64,000 nt of DNA from Eledone cirrhosa (taxonomy: Eukaryota): contig OZ024744.1 in the NCBI GenBank assembly GCA_964016885.1, positions 113,832,001-113,896,000 of the forward strand, given 5' to 3'. Made by a program: the position numbers and the translations under genes. Within the stretch, counting starts at the first letter, position 1; each line of letters starts with the position of its first letter. Of this stretch, positions 1-12,453 are shown in pieces. Under the pieces are notes generated by a model. The model worked only from the letters and a program-made list of their open reading frames with translations. It made no database searches and had not been told where the DNA came from.

Positions 1-3000
1 TATATACACCTCTACACAATATATATACTTCTACACAATATATATACCTCCACAGAATATTGCCATATATACCTATAGGGAATATATATACCTCTACACA
101 ATATATATACTTCCACAGAATATTGCCATATATACCTATAGGGAATATATACACCTCTACACAATATATATACCTCTACACAATATATATACCTCTACAC
201 AATATATATACTTCTATACAATATATATACCTATAGGGAATATATATACCTCTACAGAATATATATACCTATATAGAATATATATACCTCCACAGAATAT
301 TGCCATATATACCTATAGGGAATATATACACCTCTACAGAATATATACACCTCTACACAATATATATACTTCTACACAATATATATACTTCTACACAATA
401 TATATACCTCCACAGAATATTGCCATATATACCTATAGGGAATATATACACCTCTACAGAATATATACACCTCTACACAATATATATACTTCTACACAAT
501 ATATACACCTCTACACAATATATAGACCTCCACAGAATATTGCCATATATACCTATAGGGAATATATACACCTCTACACAATATATATACTTCTACACAA
601 TATATATACCTCCACAGAATATTGCCATATATACCTATAGGGAATATATACACCTCTACACAATATATACACCTCTACAGAATATATATACCTCCACAGA
701 ATATTGCCATATATACCTATAGGGAATATATATACCTATAGGGAATATATATACCTCTACAGAATATATATACTTCTACACAATATATATACCTCCACAG
801 AATATTGCCATATATACCTATAGGGAATATATACACCTCTACACAATATATATACTTCTACACAATATATATACCTCCACAGAATATTGCCATATATACC
901 TATAGGGAATATATACACCTCTACAGAATATATATACTTCTACACAATATATATACCTCCACAGAATATTGCCATATATACCTATAGGGAATATATATAC
1001 CTCTACACAATATATATACCTCTACACAATATATATACTTCTACACAATATATATACCTATAGGGAATATATATACCTCTACAGAATATATATACCTATA
1101 TAGAATATATATACCTCCACAGAATATTGCCATATATACCTATAGGGAATATATACACCTCTACAGAATATATACACCTCTACACAATATATATACTTCT
1201 ACACAATATATATACCTCCACAGAATATTGCCATATATACCTATAGAGAATATATACACCTCTACAGAATATATATACTTCTACACAATATATATACCTC
1301 CACAGAATATTGCCATATATACCTATAGGGAATATATATACCTCTACGGAATATATATACCTCTACAGAATATATATACCTCTACAGAATATATACACCT
1401 CTACAGAATATATATACTTCTACACAATATATATACCTCCACAGAATATTGCCATATATACCTATAGGGAATATATACACCTCTACACAATATATATACT
1501 TCCACAGAATATTGCCATATATACCTATAGGGAATATATACACCTCTACACAATATATATACTTCTACACAATATATATACCTCCACAGAATATTGCCAT
1601 ATATACCTATAGGGAATATATATACCTCTACACAATATATATACTTCCACAGAATATTGCCATATATACCTATAGGGAATATATACACCTCTACACAATA
1701 TATATACCTCTACACAATATATATACCTCTACACAATATATATACTTCTACACAATATATATACCTCCACAGAATATTGCCATATATACCTATAGGGAAT
1801 ATATATACCTCTACAGAATATATATACCTATATAGAATATATATACCTCCACAGAATATTGCCATATATACCTATAGGGAATATATACACCTCTACACAA
1901 TATATATACTTCTACACAATATATATACCTCCACAGAATATTGCCATATATACCTATAGGGAATATATATACCTATAGGGAATATATATACCTCTACAGA
2001 ATATATATACTTCTACACAATATATATACCTCCACAGAATATTGCCATATATACCTATAGGGAATATATACACCTCTACACAATATATATACTTCTACAC
2101 AATATATATACCTCCACAGAATATTGCCATATATACCTATAGGGAATATATACACCTCTACAGAATATATATACTTCTACACAATATATATACCTCCACA
2201 GAATATTGCCATATATACCTATAGGGAATATATACACCTCTACACAATATATATACCTCTACACAATATATATACTTCTACACAATATATATACCTATAG
2301 GGAATATATATACCTCTACAGAATATATATACCTATATAGAATATATATACCTCCACAGAATATTGCCATATATACCTATAGGGAATATATACACCTCTA
2401 CAGAATATATACACCTCTACACAATATATATACTTCTACACAATATATATACCTCCACAGAATATTGCCATATATACCTATAGGGAATATATACACCTCT
2501 ACAGAATATATATACTTCTACACAATATATATACCTCCACAGAATATTGCCATATATACCTATAGGGAATATATATACCTCTACAGAATATATATACCTC
2601 TACAGAATATATATACCTCTACAGAATATATACACCTCTACAGAATATATATACTTCTACACAATATATATACCTCCACAGAATATTGCCATATATACCT
2701 ATAGGGAATATATACACCTCTACACAATATATATACTTCCACAGAATATTGCCATATATACCTATAGGGAATATATACACCTCTACACAATATATATACT
2801 TCTACACAATATATATACCTCCACAGAATATTGCCATATATACCTATAGGGAATATATATACCTCTACACAATATATATACTTCCACAGAATATTGCCAT
2901 ATATACCTATAGGGAATATATACACCTCTACACAATATATATACCTCTACACAATATATATACCTCTACACAATATATATACTTCTATACAATATATATA

Positions 3001-5447
3001 CCTATAGGGAATATATATACCTCTACAGAATATATATACCTATATAGAATATATATACCTCCACAGAATATTGCCATATATACCTATAGGGAATATATAC
3101 ACCTCTACAGAATATATACACCTCTACACAATATATATACTTCTACACAATATATATACTTCTACACAATATATATACCTCCACAGAATATTGCCATATA
3201 TACCTATAGGGAATATATACACCTCTACAAAATATATACACCTCTACACAATATATATACTTCTACACAATATATACACCTCTACACAATATATAGACCT
3301 CCACAGAATATTGCCATATATACCTATAGGGAATATATACACCTCTACACAATATATATACTTCTACACAATATATATACCTCCACAGAATATTGCCATA
3401 TATACCTATAGGGAATATATACACCTCTACACAATATATACACCTCTACAGAATATATATACCTCCACAGAATATTGCCATATATACCTATAGGGAATAT
3501 ATATACCTATAGGGAATATATATACCTCTACAGAATATATATACTTCTACACAATATATATACCTCCACAGAATATTGCCATATATACCTATAGGGAATA
3601 TATACACCTCTACACAATATATATACTTCTACACAATATATATACCTCCACAGAATATTGCCATATATACCTATAGGGAATATATACACCTCTACAGAAT
3701 ATATATACTTCTACACAATATATATACCTCCACAGAATATTGCCATATATACCTATAGGGAATATATATACCTCTACACAATATATATACCTCTACACAA
3801 TATATATACTTCTACACAATATATATACCTATAGGGAATATATATACCTCTACAGAATATATATACCTATATAGAATATATATACCTCCACAGAATATTG
3901 CCATATATACCTATAGGGAATATATACACCTCTACAGAATATATACACCTCTACACAATATATATACTTCTACACAATATATATACCTCCACAGAATATT
4001 GCCATATATACCTATAGGGAATATATACACCTCTACAGAATATATATACTTCTACACAATATATATACCTCCACAGAATATTGCCATATATACCTATAGG
4101 GAATATATATACCTCTACGGAATATATATACCTCTACAGAATATATATACCTCTACAGAATATATACACCTCTACAGAATATATATACTTCTACACAATA
4201 TATATACCTCCACAGAATATTGCCATATATACCTATAGGGAATATATACACCTCTACACAATATATATACTTCGACAGAATATTGCCATATATACCTATA
4301 GGGAATATATACACCTCTACACAATATATATACTTCTACACAATATATATACCTCCACAGAATATTGCCATATATACCTATAGGGAATATATATACCTCT
4401 ACACAATATATATACTTCCACAGAATATTGCCATATATACCTATAGGGAATATATACACCTCTACACAATATATATACCTCTACACAATATATATACCTC
4501 TACACAATATATATACTTCTATACAATATATATACCTATAGGGAATATATATACCTCTACAGAATATATATACCTATATAGAATATATATACCTCCACAG
4601 AATATTGCCATATATACCTATAGGGAATATATACACCTCTACAGAATATATACACCTCTACACAATATATATACTTCTACACAATATATATACTTCTACA
4701 CAATATATATACCTCCACAGAATATTGCCATATATACCTATAGGGAATATATACACCTCTACAGAATATATACACCTCTACACAATATATATACTTCTAC
4801 ACAATATATACACCTCTACACAATATATAGACCTCCACAGAATATTGCCATATATACCTATAGGGAATATATACACCTCTACACAATATATATACTTCTA
4901 CACAATATATATACCTCCACAGAATATTGCCATATATACCTATAGGGAATATATACACCTCTACACAATATATACACCTCTACAGAATATATATACCTCC
5001 ACAGAATATTGCCATATATACCTATAGGGAATATATACACCTCTACAGAATATATATACTTCTACACAATATATATACCTCCACAGAATATTGCCATATA
5101 TACCTATAGGGAATATATACACCTCTACACAATATATATACCTCTACACAATATATATACCTCCACAGAATATTGCCATATATACCTATAGGCAATATAT
5201 ACACCTCTACACAATATATATACTTCTACACAATATATATACCTCCACAGAATATTGCCATATATACCTATAGGGAATATATATACCTCTACAGAATATA
5301 TACACCTCTACACAATATATATACCTTTACACAATATATATACCTCCACAGAATATTGCCATATATACCTATAGGCAATATATATACCTCTACACAATAT
5401 ATATACTTCTACACAATATATATATATACCTCAACAGAATATTGCCA
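1..5447. repeat. AT-rich compound minisatellite (about 19-bp ATATATATACCTCTACACA-type units interspersed with CCTCCACAGAATATTGCCATATATACCTATAGGGA units); runs off the left edge
   Basis: Tandem periodicity is visible directly; identical spurious ORFs recur at offsets of 1237, 1534 and 2771 bp. Confidence 0.97.
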
Positions 5448-5578
5448 TATGATGATTGGTGATGAAACTTCTAAATATTCTATTATAATATTGTTATGGT
5501 CTTGTATAAATCAACTATTAAAGAAAAGATTTAAAATCTTGCTCTGTAACCACATGATTTCAGATTTTACACTACTCT

Positions 5579-7480
5579 GCAAGACTTTCCATTATAAGTT
5601 CAGGTTAACTCCACCAGGAATCAAACCTTGAGCAAGACTTTCCATTATAAGTTCAGGTTAACTCCACCAAGAATCAAACCTTGAGCAAGACTTTCCATTA
5701 TAAGTTCAGGTTAACTCCACCAGGAATCAAACCTTGAGCAAGACTTTCCATTATAAGTTCAGGTTAACTCCACCAAGAATCAAACCTTGAGCAAGACTTT
5801 CCATTATAAGTTCAGGTTAACTCCACCAAGAATCAAACCTTGAGCAAGACTTTCCATTATAAGTTCAGGTTAACTCCACCAAGAATCAAACCTTGAGCAA
5901 GACTTTCCATTATAAGTTCAGGTTAACTCCACCAGGAATCAAACCTTGAGCAAGACTTTCCATTATAAGCTCAGGTTAACTCCACCAGGAATCAAACCTT
6001 GAGCAAGACATTCCATTATAAGTTCAGGTTAACTCCACCAGGAATCAAACCTTGAGCAAGACTTTCCATTATAAGTTCAGGTTAACTCCACCAGGAATCA
6101 AACCTTGAGCAAGACTTTCCATTATAAGTTCAGGTTAACTCCACCAGGAATCAAACCTTGAGCAAGACTTTCCATTATAAGTTCAGGTTAACTCCACCAG
6201 GAATCAAACCTTGAGCAAGACTTTCCATTATAAGTTCAGGTTAACTCCACCAGGAATCAAACCTTGAGCAAGACTTTCCATTATAAGTTCAGGTTAACTC
6301 CACCAGGAATCAAACCTTGAGCAAGACATTCCATTATAAGTTCAGGTTAACTCCACCAAGAATCAAACCTTGAGCAAGACTTTCCATTATAAGCTCAGGT
6401 TAACTCCACCAAGAATCAAACCTTGAGCAAGACTTTCCATTATAAGCTCAGGTTAACTCCACCAGGAATCAAACCTTGAGCAAGACTTTCCATTATAAGT
6501 TCAGGTTAACTCCACCAAGAATCAAACCTTGAGCAAGACTTTCCATTATAAGTTCAGGTTAACTCCACCAAGAATCAAACCTTGAGCAAGACTTTCCATT
6601 ATAAGCTCAGGTTAACTCCACCAGGAATCAAACCTTGAGCAAGACTTTCCATTATAAGTTCAGGTTAACTCCACCAGGAATCAAACCTTGAGCAAGACTT
6701 TCCATTATAAGTTCAGGTTAACTCCACCAAGAATCAAACCTTGAGCAAGACTTTCCATTATAAGTTCAGGTTAACTCCACCAGGAATCAAACCTTGAGCA
6801 AGACTTTCCATTATAAGTTCAGGTTAACTCCACCAAGAATCAAACCTTGAGCAAGACTTTCCATTATAAGTTCAGGTTAACTCCACCAAGAATCAAACCT
6901 TGAGCAAGACTTTCCATTATAAGCTCAGGTTAACTCCACCAGGAATCAAACCTTGAGCAAGACTTTCCATTATAAGTTCAGGTTAACTCCACCAAGAATC
7001 AAACCTTGAGCAAGACTTTCCATTATAAGTTCAGGTTAACTCCACCAGGAATCAAACCTTGAGCAAGACTTTCCATTATAAGTTCAGGTTAACTCCACCA
7101 AGAATCAAACCTTGAGCAAGACTTTCCATTATAAGCTCAGGTTAACTCCACCAGGAATCAAACCTTGAGCAAGACTTTCCATTATAAGTTCAGGTTAACT
7201 CCACCAGGAATCAAACCTTGAGCAAGACTTTCCATTATAAGTTCAGGTTAACTCCACCAGGAATCAAACCTTGAGCAAGACTTTCCATTATAAGTTCAGG
7301 TTAACTCCACCAGGAATCAAACCTTGAGCAAGACTTTCCATTATAAGTTCAGGTTAACTCCACCAGGAATCAAACCTTGAGCAAGACTTTCCATTATAAG
7401 TTCAGGTTAACTCCACCAGGAATCAAACCTTGAGCAAGACTTTCCATTATAAGTTCAGGTTAACTCCACCAGGAATCAAA
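5579..7480. repeat. 53-bp tandem repeat, about 36 highly homogeneous copies (GCAAGACTTTCCATTATAAGTTCAGGTTAACTCCACCAGGAATCAAACCTTGA)
   Basis: AAGACTT recurs at 5581, 5634 and so on; only a few variant sites (CCAGG/CCAAG, AAGTT/AAGCT, ACTTT/ACATT). Confidence 0.98.
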
Positions 7481-7681
7481 CTCACAATTTGTATAAACAT
7501 GAACAAAACATGCTAACAATTAAACCAAGTGCCAGTAACAGTATATATTGTTGGAAGAAGTTTTACCAAAATTCTTCCTGCAGACATTCAAAGAAATGGT
7601 TAACATCTTTAAAATTTATAAAGAAGCGTTTGAAAAAATATACAAGACAAGTAATAAAAACAAGACGGGGTAGAGATAGAG

Positions 7682-7797
7682 TATAGAATACAGTGGTGTG
7701 TAGAATATAATATATAGAATACAGTGGTGTGTAGAATATAATATATAGAATACAGTGGTGTGTAGAATATAGTATATAGAATACAGTGGTGTATAGA
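7682..7797. repeat. 31-bp minisatellite, about 3.7 copies (TATAGAATACAGTGGTGTGTAGAATATAATA)
   Basis: Direct tandem copies. Confidence 0.9.
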
Positions 7798-7946
7798 AAA
7801 TTGTGAATGTATGTATCATTTATGTATATATATATGTATGCATGCGTATATGTCTGTCTGTCTATGTAAGTATTAGTATATATCTGTGTATATATGCGAG
7901 TGATATATATATATATATATATAAATATATACACAATGATACTTAC

Positions 7947-8188
7947 ATTTAACATAGCATTTGAGGCAATCCTAAACAAAGTTGCTCGTTCATTGATGGC
8001 TTTTATTTTGCTAGTAGAATCTGCAGCACTATCAATCTGCTCATGCTCATTAAGGGCCCGTTGGAATGCTGCCCCTTGCTTTACAATGAGGTCGTAACAT
8101 GTGCTCAGGTCACCAAAGCGAGCATTTAAGGCATTCATTGTATTAACCAATTCTGTTTTGTCAGGTTGATTTTCATCATCATCACTAT
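7947..8188 (-). CDS. OSBP: Oxysterol-binding protein, internal coding exon (post-PH coiled-coil/dimerization region)
   Basis: Translates (D)SDDDENQPDKTELVNTMNALNARFGDLSTCYDLIVKQGAAFQRALNEHEQIDSAADSTSKIKAINERATLFRIASNAMLN, matching OSBP motifs DKTEL, DLSTCxDLI and NERATLFRIxSNAM. Poly-T acceptor ttgttatag and donor gtaagt; 242 nt; phase fits the upstream exon. Confidence 0.95.
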
Positions 8189-8904
8189 CTATAACAAAAA
8201 AAAAAATTAAATCAATAGTTTACAACTATGTAGGTTTAGCTGGTCTCCTACAACGATTTACCTCATAGGATGTTTCTTAGGTATTTTAATGATAGGGACT
8301 CCAATCATATATATACACACACACACATATACATATATATATACACACACACATATACACATACATATACATGACCATACAGAAACAGGATATCCTTGTG
8401 ATGTCAATTATTTTCTCTTTTATTTTAAGAAGAAATAATCTGTAAATATGACACACAAAGTTAGACACAGATGACCAACAGTGTGTTGCATTATTTTCCA
8501 ATTATAGCAGTGTGAGTGTTGGACGACTAAAGTAGTGCAGTTAAGTGCAACATGTGTATAGAAGTAGCTCTCTCATTCTCACACACACACTTTATCCAGT
8601 ATCTCACACCGACACATCAATAATCTACTGGCGATTAACTCCCACAACAACAGACACTGTAAACATCATAAAAAAGAAGCTTGTAAATATTCTCCAAAGT
8701 TATCATAGCAGTTGTATATTTAAATACAATGAAGAAAAAAACAAAATAAAGAAACAATTGTTTGTAGTAAAAAAAACATTCTCAGAGATAAAACTAAATA
8801 AATATAAAAGACATAACTAAAATAGACAAGGAGACATTAATCCATACAACACTACAAAATAATATCATTGTCGATTGTTCCACGCAGACACACATACTTA
8901 ACCG

Positions 8905-9010
8905 AACAGAAAATGGAGCCCATTTTACACACCATCAGATACAGCTCAACAGTAAACAAGGTTCAAGAGAGACACACATTACAGTACTGCTACCACATCT
9001 GGGATAGTGT
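8905..9010 (+). mobile_element. Highly decayed CR1/L2/Jockey-group LINE ORF2 fragment (post-RT thumb motif) leading into the 59-bp satellite
   Basis: Reads TVNKVQERHTLQYCYHIWDS, resembling the LINE motif TLYKAQVRPTLEYCSHIWDG. Confidence 0.55.
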
Positions 9011-10304
9011 TGTTACATACAGTCACCCTAGACCACATTACAGTACTGCTACCACATCTGGGATAGTGTTGTTACATATTGTCAGCCTAGACCACATCTG
9101 GGACAGTGTTGTTACATACAGACATCCTAGACCACATTCCAGTACTGCTACCACATCTGGGACAGAGTTGTTACATACAGACATCCTAGACCACATTCCA
9201 GTACTGCTACCACATCTGGGACAGTGTTGTTACATACAGACATCCTAGACCACATTACAGTACTGCTACCACATCTGGGACAGTGTTGTTATATACATAC
9301 TTCCTAGACTACATTACAGTACTGCTACCACATCTAGGACAGTGTTGTTACATACAGACATCCGAGACCACATTACAGTACTGCTACCACATCTAGGACA
9401 GTGTTGTTACATACAGACATCCTAGACCACATTACAGTACTGCTACCACATCTGGGACAGTGTTGTTATATACAGACATCCTAGAACACATTACAGTACT
9501 GCTACCACATCTGGGACAGTGTTGTTACATACAGACATCCTAGACCACATTACAGTACTGCTACCACATCTGGGAGGTGTTGTTACATACAGACATCCTA
9601 GACCACATTACAGTACTGCTACCACATCTAGGATAGTGTTGTTATATAGAGACATCCTAGACCACATTACAGTACTGCTACCACATCTGGTACAGTGTTG
9701 TTACATACAGACATCCTAGACTACATTACAGTACTGCTACCACATCTAGGACAGTGTTGTTACATACAGACATCCTAGGCCACATTACAGTACTGCTACC
9801 ACATCTAGGACAGTGTTGTTACATACAGACATCCTAGACCACGTTACAGTATTGCTACCACATCTTGTACAATGTTGTTACATACAGACATCCTAGACCA
9901 CATTACAGTACTGCTACCACATCTAGGAGAGTGTTGTTACATACAGATATCCTAGACTACATTACAGTACTGCTACCACATCTGGGACAGTGTTGTTACA
10001 TACAGACATCCTAGACAACATTACAGTACTGCTACCACATCTGGGACAGTGTTGTTACATACAGACATCCTAGATCACATTACAGTACTGCTACCACATC
10101 TGGTACAGTGTTGTTACATACAGACATCCTAGACTACATTACAGTACGGCTACCACATCTGGTACAGTGTTGTTACATACAGACATCCTAGACCGCATTA
10201 CAGTACTGCTACCACATCTAGGACAGTGTTGTTACATACAGACATGCTAGACAACATTACAGTACTGCTAACTCATCTAGGACAGTGTTGTTATATACAG
10301 ACAT
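8975..10304. repeat. 59-bp satellite, left block (about 22 units; CATTACAGTACTGCTACCACATCTGGGACAGTGTTGTTACATACAGACATCCTAGACCA)
   Basis: Direct 59-bp periodicity. Confidence 0.97.
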
Positions 10305-12453
10305 ATACCAGAAGACGTGACAGAGTGTCTGTTGTAAACACTAAATCCCTCCACCATGAAGAATGCACCTCCCAACATAGACTGATAATTAGCGACCTCA
10401 TAGTCAGGACGAGACGTACTAGACAGCAGAAGAGGACTATCCTCAGGAGAAAAATATGGAAGCTAAAGGATCCCACAGCCAGAAATAAATTTCAAAGCAT
10501 ATTACTTGATGCTTTCGACAGTAAGGAAGAGCAATTAGAGTCGTACAAGGTAGAGGAACAGTGGGAATTCCTGAAAGCAAACCTGCTGATGGCGGCAGAC
10601 GATCTGTGGCTGGAGCAGGCCTGTAGGCAGGAGGAGAGTAACATGGTGGTGGAACAGTAAGGTGGAGGGGTCAATCAAGGCCAAAAAGCAGGCTTGGAAA
10701 GCATGGCGGGATGGGGGAAGTAGAGAAGACTATCAAGTGGCCAGGAGGGAAGCTAGGAGACAAGTGTACTTCGCAAGAAGGGAAGCAGAGGAAAGAAAGT
10801 TCAAGCATGTTCTACAACGCGAGGACCAAAAACGTGAGGTGTTCAGGATTGCTAGGCAATGTGTCAAGGAAAACTGTGATATTGTCGGGGAGAAGTGTGT
10901 ACTTAACAATGATGGCGTACTTGCTATCACTGACGCTGATAAGAAGGTAGCTTGGAAGTGTCACTACGTAAGGCCACTAAATGAGGAGAATAAATGGGAG
11001 AAAGACAGTCTCCCTCACATCGACCCAATAGAGGGACCAGCAGTGTTAGTCGAGGATAGTATAATAAGTAAGGCAATCAAAGATATGAAGACGGGTAAGG
11101 CGGCTGGGCCTTCGGAAATAGTTGCTGAGATGCTGAAAGCCTCCGGTACGGTGGAACACACCATGGTCACCCGGATAGTAAACCAAGTCATACAGAATGG
11201 GGTTGTTCCGAAGGACTGGCGTAGCAGCATCATCGTTAACTGTTACAAGGGTAAAGGAGACGCCCTAGATAGGAGTAACTATAGAGGCATTAAATTAATC
11301 GACCAGGTCATGAAGGTCACGGAAAAAGTAATAGCGCAACTAATCAGAGAGAGAATTGATCTAGATGAAATGTAGTTCGGGTTTGTGTCAGGCAAAAGTA
11401 CCACAGACGCTCTTTTCATTGTACGACAACTACAGGAGAAGTACCTAGCTAAAAGTAAACCCCTATAATTAACTTTTGTCGACTTGGAGAAAGCCTTCGA
11501 CAGAGTCCCCCGTTCCATTATCTGGTGGGCTCTTAGAAAACTAGGTGTTGATGAATGGCTTGTGAGAGCTATACAAGCCATGTATAAAGAAACAGTCATC
11601 AAGGTTAGAATTAACAACGAATATAGTGAAGAGTTTAGCGTAAAAGTTGGTGTCCATCAGGGCTCTGTTCTTAGCCTCCTACTATTTATTATTGCCCTTC
11701 AGGCTATAACAGAGGAGTTCAAGACCGGCTGCCCATGGGAACTCCTATACACAGATGATCTAACGCTCATAGCTGAATCAATGGCCGAGCTAGAGAAGAA
11801 ACATGGAAGCACGGCCTAGAATCAAAAGGCCTTAAAATTAACCTGGCTAAGACTAAAGTTCTAGTTTGTAGGAAAGAAAATAAGGCGCTGGTCCCCTCCG
11901 GGAAATGGCCATGCTCAGTGTGTAGGAAAGGCGTACATAGAAACTCCATTTTATGTCCCAAATGCAAAGTATGGGTGCATAAAAAATGTAGTGGGATCAC
12001 AGGTAAGCTAACTAAGAACATAGATTTTACATGTGGCCGGTGCTCTGGTGCAATAAGTAGCAGCAAGTGCCCACAAAATACTAGCTCTTTCAATTGCACA
12101 GAGGGTTCTATAGAAATAGTGGACAGCTTCCGTTACCTGGGTGACAAAATCAGCAGTGGGGGAGGGTGCTCTGAAAGTACAGTAGCTAGAGTCAGAATTG
12201 GATGGAAAAAGTTCAGAAAGCTTATACCACTATTAGCCGCTAAAGGGTTCTCCCTAAAAATGAAAGGCAGGTTATATGATGCCTGCATACGAACAGCAAT
12301 GTTGCATGGCAGTGAGACCTGGGCATTGTGTGTAGAGGTTATACGCAGACTAGAGAGGAACGAAGCTTGCATGCTCCACTGGATGTGTAACAGTAATATA
12401 CGTGAACGGCAAAGCATAAACGAACTAAGGAAAAAATTAGAAATAAGAGCGAT
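10305..12453 (+). mobile_element. RTE-clade LINE internal fragment (end of APE endonuclease, RT, Cys-rich insertion); no 3' tail; disrupted
   Basis: Motifs EECTSQHRL, GKAAGPS, YKGKGDALDRSNYRGIKL, DLEKAFDRVPR, VGVHQGSVLS, LLYTDDL, FRYLG; contains stops and frameshifts. Confidence 0.93.

Noticed and set aside
300-5631. Many MPYIPIGNIYTST-type ORFs
   Set aside because: They are translations of the AT-rich minisatellite with TTG starts.
7563-7946. Extension of the 195-aa ORF beyond the OSBP exon
   Set aside because: It reads through the gtaagt donor into TA/CA low-complexity intron sequence.
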